This document shows positions 48,698-48,834 of a stretch of DNA of 48,834 nt, in pieces. The stretch lies in the NCBI GenBank assembly GCA_964539475.1, contig CAZIIR010000002.1, positions 7,474 through 56,307 on the forward strand. Direction: 5' to 3'. The notes below the pieces were generated by a model. The model was not told the origin of the DNA and searched no databases. It saw only the letters and a list, made by a program, of their open reading frames with translations. This DNA is from an uncultured Candidatus Saccharibacteria bacterium. Its GTDB lineage: Bacteria > Patescibacteriota > Minisyncoccia > Phycocordibacterales > XYD1-FULL-46-19. The first letter of the stretch is position 1. Each line of letters begins with the position of its first letter. Position numbers and translations under genes: made by a program.

Positions 48698-48834
48698 CTC
48701 GGCTCGGAGGTATGATTAAGAACAGCATACGCATGAGAAAATTCTAGAGGGACAAATATAACCAAATGTTATCAACTGTTTATATGTTCAAAATACATCT
48801 TTACTTTCTCGCTATTAGTGCTAATTTATTAATA

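Noticed and set aside
42889-48712. Interpretation of the same-strand units plus conserved spacers as an integron cassette array with attC sites.
   Set aside because: No intI-like integrase is present in the window. The conserved box GTTAACA does not fit the GTTRRRY core. The variable hairpins are followed by T-runs and behave as ordinary terminators. Most units carry their own promoters. The idea is kept only as a remote possibility.
1-48834. Alternative genetic code (UGA recoding), as used in some candidate phyla.
   Set aside because: Long ORFs such as typA (593 aa), the RHS gene (1997 aa) and the helicase are uninterrupted under the standard code. Several genes end in TGA at sensible positions.

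Overview
This 48.8-kb window is a bacterial chromosome segment with small genes, most of them on the minus strand. Recognisable content includes typA, def, rnc, an ABC-F ATPase, a DnaA-type initiator, a ParB-type protein and a sigma-70 factor. It also holds NUDIX, MBL, HD and RidA enzymes, MFS transporters, a peptidoglycan-binding acidic surface protein and many small hypothetical ORFs. This mix suggests a reduced, possibly Patescibacteria/CPR-like genome, but that taxonomy is inference only. I recognised no rRNA, tRNA, CRISPR array, transposase or integrase. The genetic code looks standard, since long ORFs are not interrupted by TGA. Five things stand out. (1) An AT-rich island at about 9.35-16.8 kb carries a 1997-aa secreted TcB/TcC-like RHS protein. 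It ends in a DPSGL cleavage motif plus a lipase-type toxin tail, and a 94-aa three-TM candidate immunity ORF follows 2 nt later. The island is bounded by a roughly 157-nt imperfect palindrome. (2) A transcription-factor cluster lies at 31.4-35.4 kb. It holds a sigma-70 protein with an extra RpoA-alphaCTD-like N-terminal region and a DnaA-domain-IV-like C-terminal region, a 203-aa alphaCTD-like paralogue, RNase III, and a divergently transcribed protein with two identical 8-Cys zinc modules. (3) At 42.9-48.7 kb, same-strand GC-rich single-gene units are separated by a recurring terminator, spacer and promoter module that contains the palindrome TGTTAACA. (4) Two gene populations are interleaved across the window. 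One is GC-richer, has strong GGAGG ribosome-binding sites and is bounded by hairpins. The other is AT-richer, lacks an SD, and often shows a leaderless -10-N6-ATG geometry. (5) A 28-nt box containing the palindrome ATTCGCGCGAAT is repeated upstream of three consecutive genes, one of which is an ArsR regulator. All domain calls come from reading motifs in the supplied translations. No database search was run.
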